Shown here one piece after another: positions 50,101 to 60,400 of a stretch of 64,000 nt of DNA. Within the stretch, counting starts at the first letter, position 1; the number at the start of each line of letters is the position of its first letter. The notes under the pieces were generated by a model that saw only the letters and a program-made list of their open reading frames with translations, was not told where the DNA came from and ran no database searches. The position numbers were made by a program, and so were the translations under genes. The stretch comes from an uncultured virus (IMG/VR IMGVR_UViG_3300027801_000017) (lineage: Duplodnaviria; Heunggongvirae; Uroviricota; Caudoviricetes; Crassvirales), in the IMG/VR virus record IMGVR_UViG_3300027801_000017; one strand, 5' to 3'.

Positions 50101-51452
50101 CAGACCCCAATCTACCAGCTGAAGGTACATTTCTAAATGGAGATGTATATATAAGAGACAGAATTATTATGACTGCATTTATGCTTGTAATAGTGGCAGA
50201 AGATTTTTCAGCATCTGATTTCTGGCCTTCAAAAGCGTGGGATTTAGGAAGACCGAATGCATATTTGCCTGATTTTAAACAAACAAGAAGAGATGCTACA
50301 ATATTTTTCTCAGAACCATTTATTCCAAATACAGCTATTAATGGTTTAGGAACTTTTTATCCAGATGTTTCTTTTCAAGAATATGATAAATCATATAATT
50401 CTATACAGAAATTATTTTCTATAAACGATAGTTTAATTATATTACAAGAAGATAAAGTGTCAAAAGCAATGGTAAGCAGGTCTGTACTTTTTGATGCTAC
50501 TGCAAAACAAAATGTTGCTATTAGTCAAAATGTACTTTCCTCTTCCCTCCCTTATGTTGGAGATTTTGGAATATCTAGGAATCCTGAATCATTTGCTAAT
50601 TTCGGATTTAGAAGTTATTTTGTTGATATAAAAAGACGTGTTGTATTAAGGTTGTCTCAAGATGGTCTTACTCCTATATCTGAACATAAGATGAAGAATT
50701 TCTTTACAGATTATTTTCAAGAAGTAATTGATGAAAACCGACATATAGGTAGTTCTTTTAAAGCTTATGGAGCTTATGATAATAAATTTGACGAATATGT
50801 TGTATCTATTGCGGATATAAGTTGGTCAACATTAGATATGCAGGGGAACACAATTAAACATGGAATACCTGGGTTTACGATAGGATTCAACGAACCTTCA
50901 AAAAAATGGAACTCATTTTATAGTTATAATAATAATATAGCAACATATAATGCAGAATTACATAGTTTTAGGAAAGGAATTGTATATCAACATAATGCAG
51001 CAAAAGATAGCAATGATGTATCAATATATAATAACTTTTATGGAGTAGACCATCCTTCTGTATTAGAATTTCCTGTTAATAGTATGCCTGATGTAACTAA
51101 AGTGTTTCATACTATATCTGAACATGCAAATAATATTTGGGAAGTAGATGCTTTTTATACTAGAAATGGTCAAATGACAGATATTTCTCGTATAGAATTT
51201 ACAGGAGGGAATACATACACATGGGAAGAAGGTCATGGAACAAAAGAAAATATACATAATGCTACAATTAGATGTGATGTATTAACCCCTGGGATTGTAA
51301 ATCCTAAGATAGAGGGGGATAGAATGAGAGATACGTCTGTTATGTGTAGATTGGCTTTACCTATTCCTCAAGCGCAAGAACAGAATGTTTTATTTGCAAT
51401 TAGATTTGGATTTATAGCTTCTAGTAGTCCTAGTTTAATTGGAAATCAATAA
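47148..51452 (+). CDS. Tail stabilisation (muzzle-like) protein
   Basis: 1434 aa; MDMD.EER...YRYALN, LYWTDDRNPPRKLN, GNRLVYGN, GISRNPESFA and RLSQDGLTPIS motifs. Confidence 0.8.
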   Translation: MAEEKKTFAGGGMDMDTEERFIKGNNYRYALNCRITSSDEENEGTVENIRGNNVLNSGLTTSDGTPLSSEDFKVIGHYEDKKLNILYYFIAEHPDALMSLSPPRHCIVSNYGYDASSGGIPAAFRILHEDSSLNFHKDKLITGVNMIHSEEFAKGGMLYWTDDRNPPRKLNVLRAYWWSVNPGNITDFQLSYQETPILDAIPKAPTEPPLVVSGTWGLKKANYIKGNLWQFKYRYVYHEAEKSSWSPISESITTRHTTSNTIILEQDNYIELRLINGRTDVRAIDIAARKNGTGHDFYLVGTVKKDNSTQENITLNTSGNPGVISTPDVKTIILDSLPNWTHIYFIFTGEEPKIPIDIKESNKLYDDVPQLAKSQEIIDGNRLVYGNIVNGYDPVPTDTELSVVYKETALTVGPVTNLNYTTHVWTDTCNWAAGINGRSIARYSLRIQVPNMTTRTAGEVIHLKLSGVSFGAALQRGSTVCGDESGSRIVKIDIDSTPYVCTGFDTIGNLRAHMENNCFTTFTNMHNQSTSPDAKMELGWGHDYSIHCIGNNPFSTGTHQGNSVTAGLWATSGTNIALNFSVWNNDNLNVGSCPAYHFYAAFGFSGFEILQGWNSNTLLDTGIPGEPIAGGHVDGDGDHSTVFDVWERKWLYLYNFSNQFSSYPIINTMVLIGIPLVQTGNYRGFKSGTRHNFGLVYYDAANRSGTVNKAGSVYIPSRHERDPAITDYTAHIHFKINHLPPDWATHYQWVHSARKIEKFVHIIIPEIMWDSKVKSRYNTVLQDSQKDEGTGVIEPGYQAIIESSTGLTHGAVIMDMDELIKHSATSSENSFLWDWKKGDRVKIIDTVNYTGNDWEIIGVLEDVLGEYGAVAAGPPPAATGTAKLWFVLEHSTVGTIQTGGAANDVYVEIYRPAPEGEDMYHEFNHANRLNWDSTGTIRGHRANTWACGLNEGQLTTMGYSSVYVDDTGANTPAVFSYDQYDPTNPDPNLPAEGTFLNGDVYIRDRIIMTAFMLVIVAEDFSASDFWPSKAWDLGRPNAYLPDFKQTRRDATIFFSEPFIPNTAINGLGTFYPDVSFQEYDKSYNSIQKLFSINDSLIILQEDKVSKAMVSRSVLFDATAKQNVAISQNVLSSSLPYVGDFGISRNPESFANFGFRSYFVDIKRRVVLRLSQDGLTPISEHKMKNFFTDYFQEVIDENRHIGSSFKAYGAYDNKFDEYVVSIADISWSTLDMQGNTIKHGIPGFTIGFNEPSKKWNSFYSYNNNIATYNAELHSFRKGIVYQHNAAKDSNDVSIYNNFYGVDHPSVLEFPVNSMPDVTKVFHTISEHANNIWEVDAFYTRNGQMTDISRIEFTGGNTYTWEEGHGTKENIHNATIRCDVLTPGIVNPKIEGDRMRDTSVMCRLALPIPQAQEQNVLFAIRFGFIASSSPSLIGNQ

Positions 51453-51459
51453 AAAATAG

Positions 51460-51467
51460 TATCTTTG
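51460..51467 (+). promoter_or_regulatory. Bacteroidetes-type -7 element (probably leaderless transcript)
   Basis: TATCTTTG 5 nt before ATG 51473; TTG 18 nt upstream. Confidence 0.55.
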
Positions 51468-51472
51468 TAAAT

Positions 51473-52003
51473 ATGTTATCAGAATTAAAAACATTAGAGA
51501 AAAGAAAAAAGTTAAGAAAAAAGATATTTTCTATTGAAGATACAATAAGAAATACCACTAACCCTAACTATAAAACATATATTGGGGATAATGAGGCTTG
51601 TCCAGTTAAGCATACGTTTTCTGATGGGGTATATGTAAGAGAGATGTTTATCCCTAAAGGCATGATGCTTGTAGGTAAAATAATCAAACAGACACATCAT
51701 ATATTTTTAATGTCTGGGAAGATAGCTATAATTACTGAAGATGGAGAAAAGATAATGCAAGGGCCTTGTTCAATAGTGGCTAAAGGAGGAACTAAGAGAG
51801 TTGGGTATGCACTTACAGATGTTGTGTGGATAAATGTACATCCTAATATAACGGACACACAAGATTTAGATAGATTAGAGCAGGATGTAATTGCAGAAGA
51901 TTATGATGCATATAATAGATATATTGAATTAAAGAATGCTAATTTATTTACTAAAACTTTAAAAAAAATAAAACAAATGATAATTAAAACAATACAACTA
52001 TGA
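51473..52003 (+). CDS. Cupin-like protein preceding the ejection genes
   Basis: HTFSDGVYVREMFIPKG...GKI...GGTKR motif. Confidence 0.6.
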   Translation: MLSELKTLEKRKKLRKKIFSIEDTIRNTTNPNYKTYIGDNEACPVKHTFSDGVYVREMFIPKGMMLVGKIIKQTHHIFLMSGKIAIITEDGEKIMQGPCSIVAKGGTKRVGYALTDVVWINVHPNITDTQDLDRLEQDVIAEDYDAYNRYIELKNANLFTKTLKKIKQMIIKTIQL

Positions 52004-52953
52004 GTTGGGCAGCCGTAGCCGCATCAGCAATATCAGCTGGTGTAGGTATATATCAAACACAGAAAGGAAAAAAACTAGCAGAACAAGCTGGAGAAAGACC
52101 TGAATTTGAAATTCCAGGAGCAGTGAAATCTGCATTAGGGACATCTCAATTAAAATCTTTACAAGGAATCCCTGGAGCGGTAAAGTCTGAAATGCTTCAA
52201 GAGATGGATAGGTCTAGAATGGCTTCTTTAAAACAAGTTAATGAAAGAAGGGGAGGTTTGGGAGTTGTGTCTCAACTTGACCAAAACCAACAAGATTCTA
52301 TACGTAAGATGGGTATAATGGATATTCAGCAAAGAGAAAAGAATGTTCAAGGACTTCAGGATATGAGAATGAAAATGGCTGGTTATCAAGAGAAACAACA
52401 AGCAGATACATTAGCGGCATGGGGACAAGAATCTCAAGCAGCAGCAGCTATGCAGGGTGCTGGTATGCAAAACATAGCTGGAGCTGTTACATCTTTAGGT
52501 ATGGCTGCAGCGTCTCGTACAGGAGGAGGAGGTAGTAAGCAAAGACAAGCAAATCAAGCTGATATAGATACCCCTGCATTAGATACAACTATAGGGGGTC
52601 AACAGGGTAGAATGATAGGAGGAACAGGCTTTGAAGGTGGTGCATTAAATGCTAAAAATTATTCTGGAGGTCAATTCACTGCACCTACATCTGCTTTTGC
52701 TACAGGAGGAGGATTAAATATGCAAGGACAACAAGGGTCTCTTACTAATAAAATAAATCCATCTAGTTTAAAAACTATGGGTTTTGGAGGGGGGCCAGGA
52801 TATAATGAAGGTATGTTTTCTAATATAGGGTTAGCATCAGAATTGAATACATTTGAATTAAATTCTCCTAGTGTACAAAATCAATTATTTGGAGTTAATA
52901 ATACAGAGGTCGGAAGCGATGACTGGAAAAGTGAATATCCATCATTATATTAA
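52000..52953 (+). CDS. Putative internal virion / ejection protein
   Basis: Gly/Ala/Gln-rich; hydrophobic MSWAAVAASAISAGVG N-terminus. Confidence 0.6.
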   Translation: MSWAAVAASAISAGVGIYQTQKGKKLAEQAGERPEFEIPGAVKSALGTSQLKSLQGIPGAVKSEMLQEMDRSRMASLKQVNERRGGLGVVSQLDQNQQDSIRKMGIMDIQQREKNVQGLQDMRMKMAGYQEKQQADTLAAWGQESQAAAAMQGAGMQNIAGAVTSLGMAAASRTGGGGSKQRQANQADIDTPALDTTIGGQQGRMIGGTGFEGGALNAKNYSGGQFTAPTSAFATGGGLNMQGQQGSLTNKINPSSLKTMGFGGGPGYNEGMFSNIGLASELNTFELNSPSVQNQLFGVNNTEVGSDDWKSEYPSLY

Positions 52954-52990
52954 AATCAATAAAAAATAGTATCTAAATAAATAAATAAGC

Positions 52991-54451
52991 ATGGCAAAAT
53001 ATATAAATCCAGTAGCAACAGGTCAGGCAATAAATCAGGGGGAGGCTCAAGTTTTTGATACCACTGGTTTAATGAAGTATTCTCTTGACCGAAAAGATAA
53101 GGCCAAGGCTGCGGCTCAAGCCGATAAAGAAAAGAAAGAAAAGGCATTATTAGATTCTCTTGTAGATGTAAATACTTCAAATTTATGGAGTAGGGATTTA
53201 GACATGTATAATGGTAAATGGAATGATTATAAAGACTTTATAAAAGATAATAATATTGCCCTACAGAACCCCTCAAAGAATGTAGACCTTTATACGCAGA
53301 AAAAAAGAATGGAACAAGAGATGTTACAATTTGTCAGTTCTTCTGGGAAGGCGGAGAAGATAGATATAGAAATTCAAAAAATGCTATTACAAGATAAAAG
53401 TAAAGAGCTTCAAGATGTAGATGGTCTTTATGAAAAATCCAGAACAGAGGCAGGTAACTTTAATAATGCAATGGAATATATAACAAGAGTACCAGAAATA
53501 GTTCCTCTTGCTACTTTGATAGGGGAATATAAAGACGCAGAGGGAGCTGGGAAAGATGCTAATTTTGAAGTCTATAATGAATCTACTAACTCAATGGTTA
53601 CTAGAAAAGGCCCCTCACGAGAATCTTGGCAAATGCATATGAAAAATAATTACAGGGACGATAAAAAACTTCAAATGAGTGCTCAAAGTTCTTTTGATGA
53701 AGCTGGTGGTGCACAAGAAAGTGGGTTTAATACTGCTGAAGAATTGTATATGGATATGATTAACCAACAATATGATGACCCATATACTAAAGTAAGACCT
53801 ATGGGTAAAGGTGGCAAAGGGTTTGAGTTTACTTTAGGAGGAGGAGGTACATTTAATAATCATGTTTTTACTCCAGATGAGATAACATCAACAGGGTATA
53901 ACTCTACTGACATTGGAGGGACAATTCAAAAAGATAAAAGAATTGCTTTATCTAAATATGGTAAGGATATAGGTATGTTTACTATGGATTTACAAGGGCC
54001 TGTTTACCAAGATGGTAAGCTAACTAAAATTACAGGAAGTCATGAAGTGTCATTTCAAGATGTTATTGAGAAGGGGGATGGTTCATATACGCTTAGATTA
54101 AATAAGGGAAAGATGAGTGATTCTGAGTATAAAAATAAGAAAACTGCAATGGAAAAAACTGTGTTGGTGGGTAAATATGAACCCTATGCGATTGATGATT
54201 ATTTAACTATGGAAAAACTAGAAAAAAACGGAAAGGGTTCTGATGCTTATCATAAATATATAGAAAAGGAAAATGAACTAGAAAACAGTAGGAATAAAGT
54301 CCAGGTTATAGAAGTAAATTTAGATGATAAGACAAATTCATCAGAGCTGAATTCTAACATAAGAATTCCAGATTTTTATGAGAGCTTGCCTAAATTATTT
54401 CATGGGGAGAGTGGTAAAGCTAACAAATCAAAAAAGAAATTAAACGGATAA
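52991..54451 (+). CDS. Putative internal virion / ejection protein
   Basis: 486 aa, between ejection-like genes. Confidence 0.55.
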   Translation: MAKYINPVATGQAINQGEAQVFDTTGLMKYSLDRKDKAKAAAQADKEKKEKALLDSLVDVNTSNLWSRDLDMYNGKWNDYKDFIKDNNIALQNPSKNVDLYTQKKRMEQEMLQFVSSSGKAEKIDIEIQKMLLQDKSKELQDVDGLYEKSRTEAGNFNNAMEYITRVPEIVPLATLIGEYKDAEGAGKDANFEVYNESTNSMVTRKGPSRESWQMHMKNNYRDDKKLQMSAQSSFDEAGGAQESGFNTAEELYMDMINQQYDDPYTKVRPMGKGGKGFEFTLGGGGTFNNHVFTPDEITSTGYNSTDIGGTIQKDKRIALSKYGKDIGMFTMDLQGPVYQDGKLTKITGSHEVSFQDVIEKGDGSYTLRLNKGKMSDSEYKNKKTAMEKTVLVGKYEPYAIDDYLTMEKLEKNGKGSDAYHKYIEKENELENSRNKVQVIEVNLDDKTNSSELNSNIRIPDFYESLPKLFHGESGKANKSKKKLNG

Positions 54452-54455
54452 AAAG

Positions 54456-57400
54456 ATGAATGAAAAATTCTTAGAACTATATGAATATTTAAAATCTGAA
54501 GGAATCACTGACTTATCTCCTGAAGATTTCTATAACGCATATAAAGACCCCAATAAAGCAAAAGATGTTTATGACTTTGTTTCTAGTGAAGAAATGACGG
54601 ATTTAAATGAGAATGACTTTTTCTCTGCTTATTTCGGAACTGAAGTAAAAAAAAAAGACGATTCAGAAGTTGTTACAGATACCTCAGAAGTTGTTACAGA
54701 TACTTCAGAAGTATCAGAATCCGAAGTCCTTTCTACAGGAGCTGACGAGACTAGCGAGACTGAAGAAGCTGTTACGCCACCTATAAACTTTGATGAATTA
54801 ACATATTTTGATTTTTCCTCAATAAATAGAGCAGTTAATGGGGTGGAATTTTCGGATGATAATATAGGGCATCTTTCAGAATCAAAAGAAGAAGAATTAT
54901 TAGATTTAAATATCAATCCTCATATTCAGTCTTTAGTATCTATAGGTGCGAATATGCCAGAGGATGCTAATGTTGCTGTGACAGAATTAAGTCCATCTGA
55001 GAAGAAAACGTATGATTTTAATTTTTCTAGATACCAGAAAGTACTTGATAATCAAAATAAAGTAAAAGAAGTTAATGTACAAAAAGGAACTAATACTGGA
55101 CAGTATGGTTTTAATTTAGCAGATGCTTCGTTACCAGGTCTAATACCAAGTCTTGAAGGTTTTGGCCCTTTTGGTGGAGAGACAACCTACAATCCCGTAC
55201 CAGGAGAAGATAATTATTCAAATGACCCTGAAGTTATTGCTAAAGCTAAAGTTATTTTAGATACAGACCTTCCTAGAGCAAGAAATAAAATTATTAGGAT
55301 ATTTAAGAATAAGAAAAAAAGCTATGGTTTACCTTCCGATATAACTACCGCTACTGATGAGCAGTTAGCAGAAGCTTTTAAGAAATTTAATAAAGAAAAT
55401 ACTTATGCTAAAACTGGGAAGTCTATAACCACTACTATGCCTATAAGCGGAGGAACTTCTACAGAGCCGACTTATGAAAAAGACTATATAAATATTAATA
55501 AGAAGTATTTAGAAAAAATATTTAATAATCAATTTCTAGTAGCAAAGAATAACGCTCAGATAGAACTAGACAAAAAGGTAGATGAAGAAAAAAGAACAGC
55601 GATTCAAAATGCAGATTCTTCTATTTTATCTAGAGATGTTATAGGTAAGAGAATATATGATTTTCATAAAGACTATGATTATAATAATAATATGAGTACA
55701 GAGGAGCAAAGGTACTCAGATGCTGAAACTGTATTAGAAGGTCTGGAAGTTCAATTAAAAAAATTAACAGCAGAAGAAAAGACTCCAGATGATGAACTTA
55801 TAACAGAATGGGAAAAAGCAAAAGCCGAACTTGCATCAGCTCAAAAAGGATTAGGGGACGATATACATCCTTTATATGACCCACTTACTGGAGAGAGAAC
55901 AGATAAACTTGAAGGGGCTTTAGACTTAACTGAGCAAATAAAAAGACATGAAAAAGATGCTTTAACTTTTAAAGGAAATATAAAAAATAGATACGTAACG
56001 GTATCTAATAGAGAAGAAGACCATAGGATAATGGGGGGTCTCATGACAAGAGATTTAATAGTTAAAGACCCTCGTAGGTGGCAGAAAAGAGCTAATCAAG
56101 AAGGATTTATAATAGAGCCCTCTGATGATGGGAAAAGCTTTATAATAAAAGGAGTCCCATTAAGTAAAATCGGGTTGTATACTAGTGATATTTTAAATAA
56201 AGAGGTAAAAAATGAAGCAGAAGAGTGGAATGATAAAAATGCAGAGAATATAGCTTCTAGAAAAGTTTGGATGAAGATGGCTTTAACAAATATAGACCCA
56301 GGTAAGGTTGATAAAAGTAAGACCGCTAGATTTTTTGAGGTTCTTGCTGGAGATGGAGCTTTGGCGGCTAGTTTTGGAATGTCTGACCAAAAGTTTGTTG
56401 ATTTCTCTGTAGATGAATTTACAAAGGCAGGTATTCCTTTATCCCCATCTCTAATTAAGAATATGAAAAGAACATGGGGAATGGAGCTAACTGAACAGGG
56501 TGCTGGTTTTCTTCCTATAGCAGCTCAAATGTGGTTAGGTAATAAAGTTTTAGGGGCTGTGGGTTTTGCAGGGTGGCTTAAAAATACAGTACAGGGATTA
56601 AATACAGCAAAGAAGTTTCAAAGGTGGAATAAGTTTAGAGGGTTTATCTTAGAGGCTAGTGTTGAGGAGGTAAAGATGCAAACTTATGGCTTTCATGATG
56701 GTACTGGATTTGGGTTTACTATGGCTGGCCGTTTTATGCCTGCTGCTGGGATATTTAAATTTAAAGGGGAATTGGCTAGATTAAATACTGTAGGAAATGT
56801 GGTTTTTGATAGCGGATTGAAGGGTGCGTTTGCTTTAGAGTTTGCTGGTCATGTAGAGGCTATTGTTGAGGATGTAAAGGGAGGTTCAGCATATGGAACT
56901 TTTATGGAAGAACAATACCCTGATGTATCCACTGTTGGGAGAAGGGTAATTTTAAGTGGTGCTCTATTTTCTATCTATGGAGGTATGGGTCTATTTGGTA
57001 AAGGTAGGTCAGGTATGAATATTAAAAACATGGAGAGTGTTGTAAAGGAGTTAAAGCAAAAAGGATATAATGAGGAAGCTTTAAAAATACAAAAGAATGT
57101 AGATTTATATTATGAAGGTAAAAAGAAATTATCTAAAGAAGAGCAGGATATACTTACTGAGAATGAAAACGGAAAAGGAAAAGAATATAATACTGATTTA
57201 ACAGAAGCAGAATTAAAGCAAAGGTTAAAAGATATGGGAGGCAGGGAAGTTAAACCTGAAGCTGAAGTTAAAGCAGAAGAAGTTAAAGCAGAAGAGGTAA
57301 AAGTAGAAGAGGTTAAAACAACTTCTGAAACAAGAGAAAGCTTAGAAAGAGAAGTGCAGAAAACATGGGAAGAGTTAGAAAACACCCCTGAAACTAAATT

Positions 57401-60400
57401 TAAAAAGAGAAGAGAACTTAATAAAAAGTTAGATGAGCTTATTCCAAAATATGAGAAACTTGAAGCAGAGGTTAAACCTGAAGCTGAAGTTAAAGAAGTA
57501 GAAATACCGTCTTCTTACAATGAGAAGATGAAAGTTTATAAACAAAGTGATTTAGGAGGAGGTAAAGGAGGTAAGGTTAATGAAAAATCTGATTTAGTTA
57601 AAGAGGCTGAAACTCCAGAAGGTAAAGAATATGTAAAACAAGAAGTAGAAAAATTAGAAAAAAATGAAGATGGCACTATAACAGTTTATAGAGTAGGTAA
57701 TCTAAATGAAGGTCATAATCCTACAACTACTAGTAAAAAGACGGCTGAGACGATAGCTAAAGAGAGAAAGGCTCAAGGATTAAGTTCTCAAATAATAGAA
57801 ACTAATGTAAAAGCAGAAGATATATCTGTTGTTGTCCCTGGGGTAGAAGCTGAGATTTTCGTAAAGGTAACTAAAGAGAACCAAAGTAGGATTAATGAAA
57901 ATAGTAATACTCTACAAGAAGGTCAATCATTAAAATCTTTACAACAAAGAATAAATGAATTACAAAAAGATGTTGAGAAAACAGAAAAAGATTTAACAAG
58001 TGGAAAAATAAAAGGAGATATTTATACTAATAGTATAAAAAAGAAAAAGACGGAGATAAGTAATCTTGAAAAACAAATTAATAAAAAGAAGTCAGATTCT
58101 AAATCTGAAAAATTAACAAAGTTAAGAGAGGAAGCTGCGAAATCATTAAATTTTAAACCTGAAGTAAAAGAGGTGAAAGTAGAGGAAACTACTGGAAAGG
58201 AAGTGAAAGTAGAGGAAACTACTGGAAAGGAAGTGAAAGAACCTGAAAAAGAAGTGGTAGTACCTGAAAAAGAAGTGGTAGAAATATTATTAAATAAGAA
58301 AGATGGAGTATTTGCAGGTATATGGAATAGAGGTGGTTTTAGTGCAAGCAATAAAGCAGGGGATAAGGACGCTCATAGCGCCAATACACGAAAAGTACAA
58401 GAGAAATCAGAAGAATTACAAAAATTAGAATCTAATAATCCAAAAGTAAATGAAGGGGAGTTTAGTGTTTCTGGAACTTTTGAAGGTAGTGGTTATAGAG
58501 CTATTGTTGGAAAAGAAAGAGGGGAGTTATCAGATATTAGAGAGAAGGCATCTCAAACAGAGAAAATGTTTTTTAATGAGCAAACTCTTGAAAATGGAGA
58601 TGTAGTATATTCTTTAATAAACGGAAAACATAGAGTTCGTAATAGAGAAGGTTATTATGCTGTAAATCTTACATATAAGAAGGGTACAGAAGTGAAGTTA
58701 AATGATGTAAAAAATCTTTTGACTACAAAAATGAATGATATAACCACTATTATTACAGGGGTAAAATCCACAGTTAAGCCTAAAGTAGAACCTAAAGTAG
58801 AGCCTACAGTAAAAGAAGTTACAGAAAGCATAGAAGAGGTTAAGGTTGAAGACAGTAAGAGCACCAATCCTTCATTTGAAAAAGGCAGTATGCGTAATTT
58901 TTCTGTAGACGGTGGAGTATTAGAAATAGGAAGGGTAAATAATGCAAGTTTATCGTCAATTTTAAAATTAGAGGTTGAAAAAGACTCAAGAAGACAAGGC
59001 AAGGCTGAAGTGTTATTAAAACGAGCATTAAACGAAACTAAAGGGGAATTATCAGGACAAGCATCTAACGATGCTGCTGTAGCGTTAAATTACAAATTAG
59101 GTATGAGAGTAAATGGCAACGAAACCCTCTCCTTAAAAGAATCCCAAAGCGAAAGAGCTCAAAGTGCAGGAGAAAGTGTTAGTATGGTTTTACCTAAAAA
59201 TAAAAGAGGTGATAATTACAAGCCTTTTAAAGTAGAGCCTACAGTTAAAGAAAAAGTTATTGAACCTACAGTTGAACCTGAATATACTAAAAATAACATA
59301 ATTAATATAAAAGACCCTACTGATGTATTAATACAGGCAAAACAAAAAAGAAAGTTAGCCAATCAGAAATACAATAAGATGAAAGACTCTCTAACTGAAA
59401 AACAAAAGAATCAATTTAGAGAAGAGTCTTTGAAAATAAATAACCTCATTAAAAATTTAGAAGCTGAGATAGTAGAAAAAGGAGTAACGGGAGAAAAAGG
59501 AGAAAAAGAAATACAGCAGTATGCAGATAAAGTCATAGAAGGATTAGAGTCCGCTAAAAAAACTTTAAAGGAGAGTGGATTAACTTATTCCTTTATCCTA
59601 CCTGGGGTTAACGCTAAGACACTTTCCGTAGCTTTAGATATAGGGATAGCATCCGTTAAAGCTACAAAGTCTGCTGTTATTGGGTTAAATAAATTTAAGA
59701 ATAGTATATTAACACAATTAAACATAAAAAAATTAACTAAAGCTCAAGAAAAACAACTTAATGATTTCTTTAATAGAAACTATGATTTATCTAAGCAAAA
59801 AGTTTTGAGTTATACTAGAGAGATTATAAAAGAAAATAAATTAGATAATGTAGATTCATTTATAAAAGAAATGGAGTCAGACCCTATGTTTAAGAAGTAT
59901 GATAAACAAGATTTAATATTATTGTATAATAATTCTATTAAAGGTAGTACGCTTCAACTTACCAACATTAAAGAAAAAACTGAAAACCTAAAAAAAGGAT
60001 TCTTTAAAGGTAAGACTGAGGAGTATAAATTCACTAAACAATCCAAAATAGAAATGGATAATGTGATTACAGAGTTTAATCAGTTTGTGGAAACATTAGA
60101 CGGGAGTATTACCGCTAGTAAGGAGACTATGAGGATAATTGGTAATATTAAAAATAAAGAAACTTTACAGACAGCTATAAATAGAATAGAAGAGCTAATG
60201 TCTGATAAAAAAGTTGTAGAACAAGTGCAGGAAAAAGAGAATGTTATAAATAAAATAACTTCTTTGACTAATATTAAAGAGGGTGAAGGAAAGGTAAAAA
60301 AATCTCTTAGTGGGGGAATAAATATTAATCCTACAACAAAATTAACAAAAGAACAGAGTGCAAAACTTTCTACTATAAATACCAAATTAGACAATATAAA

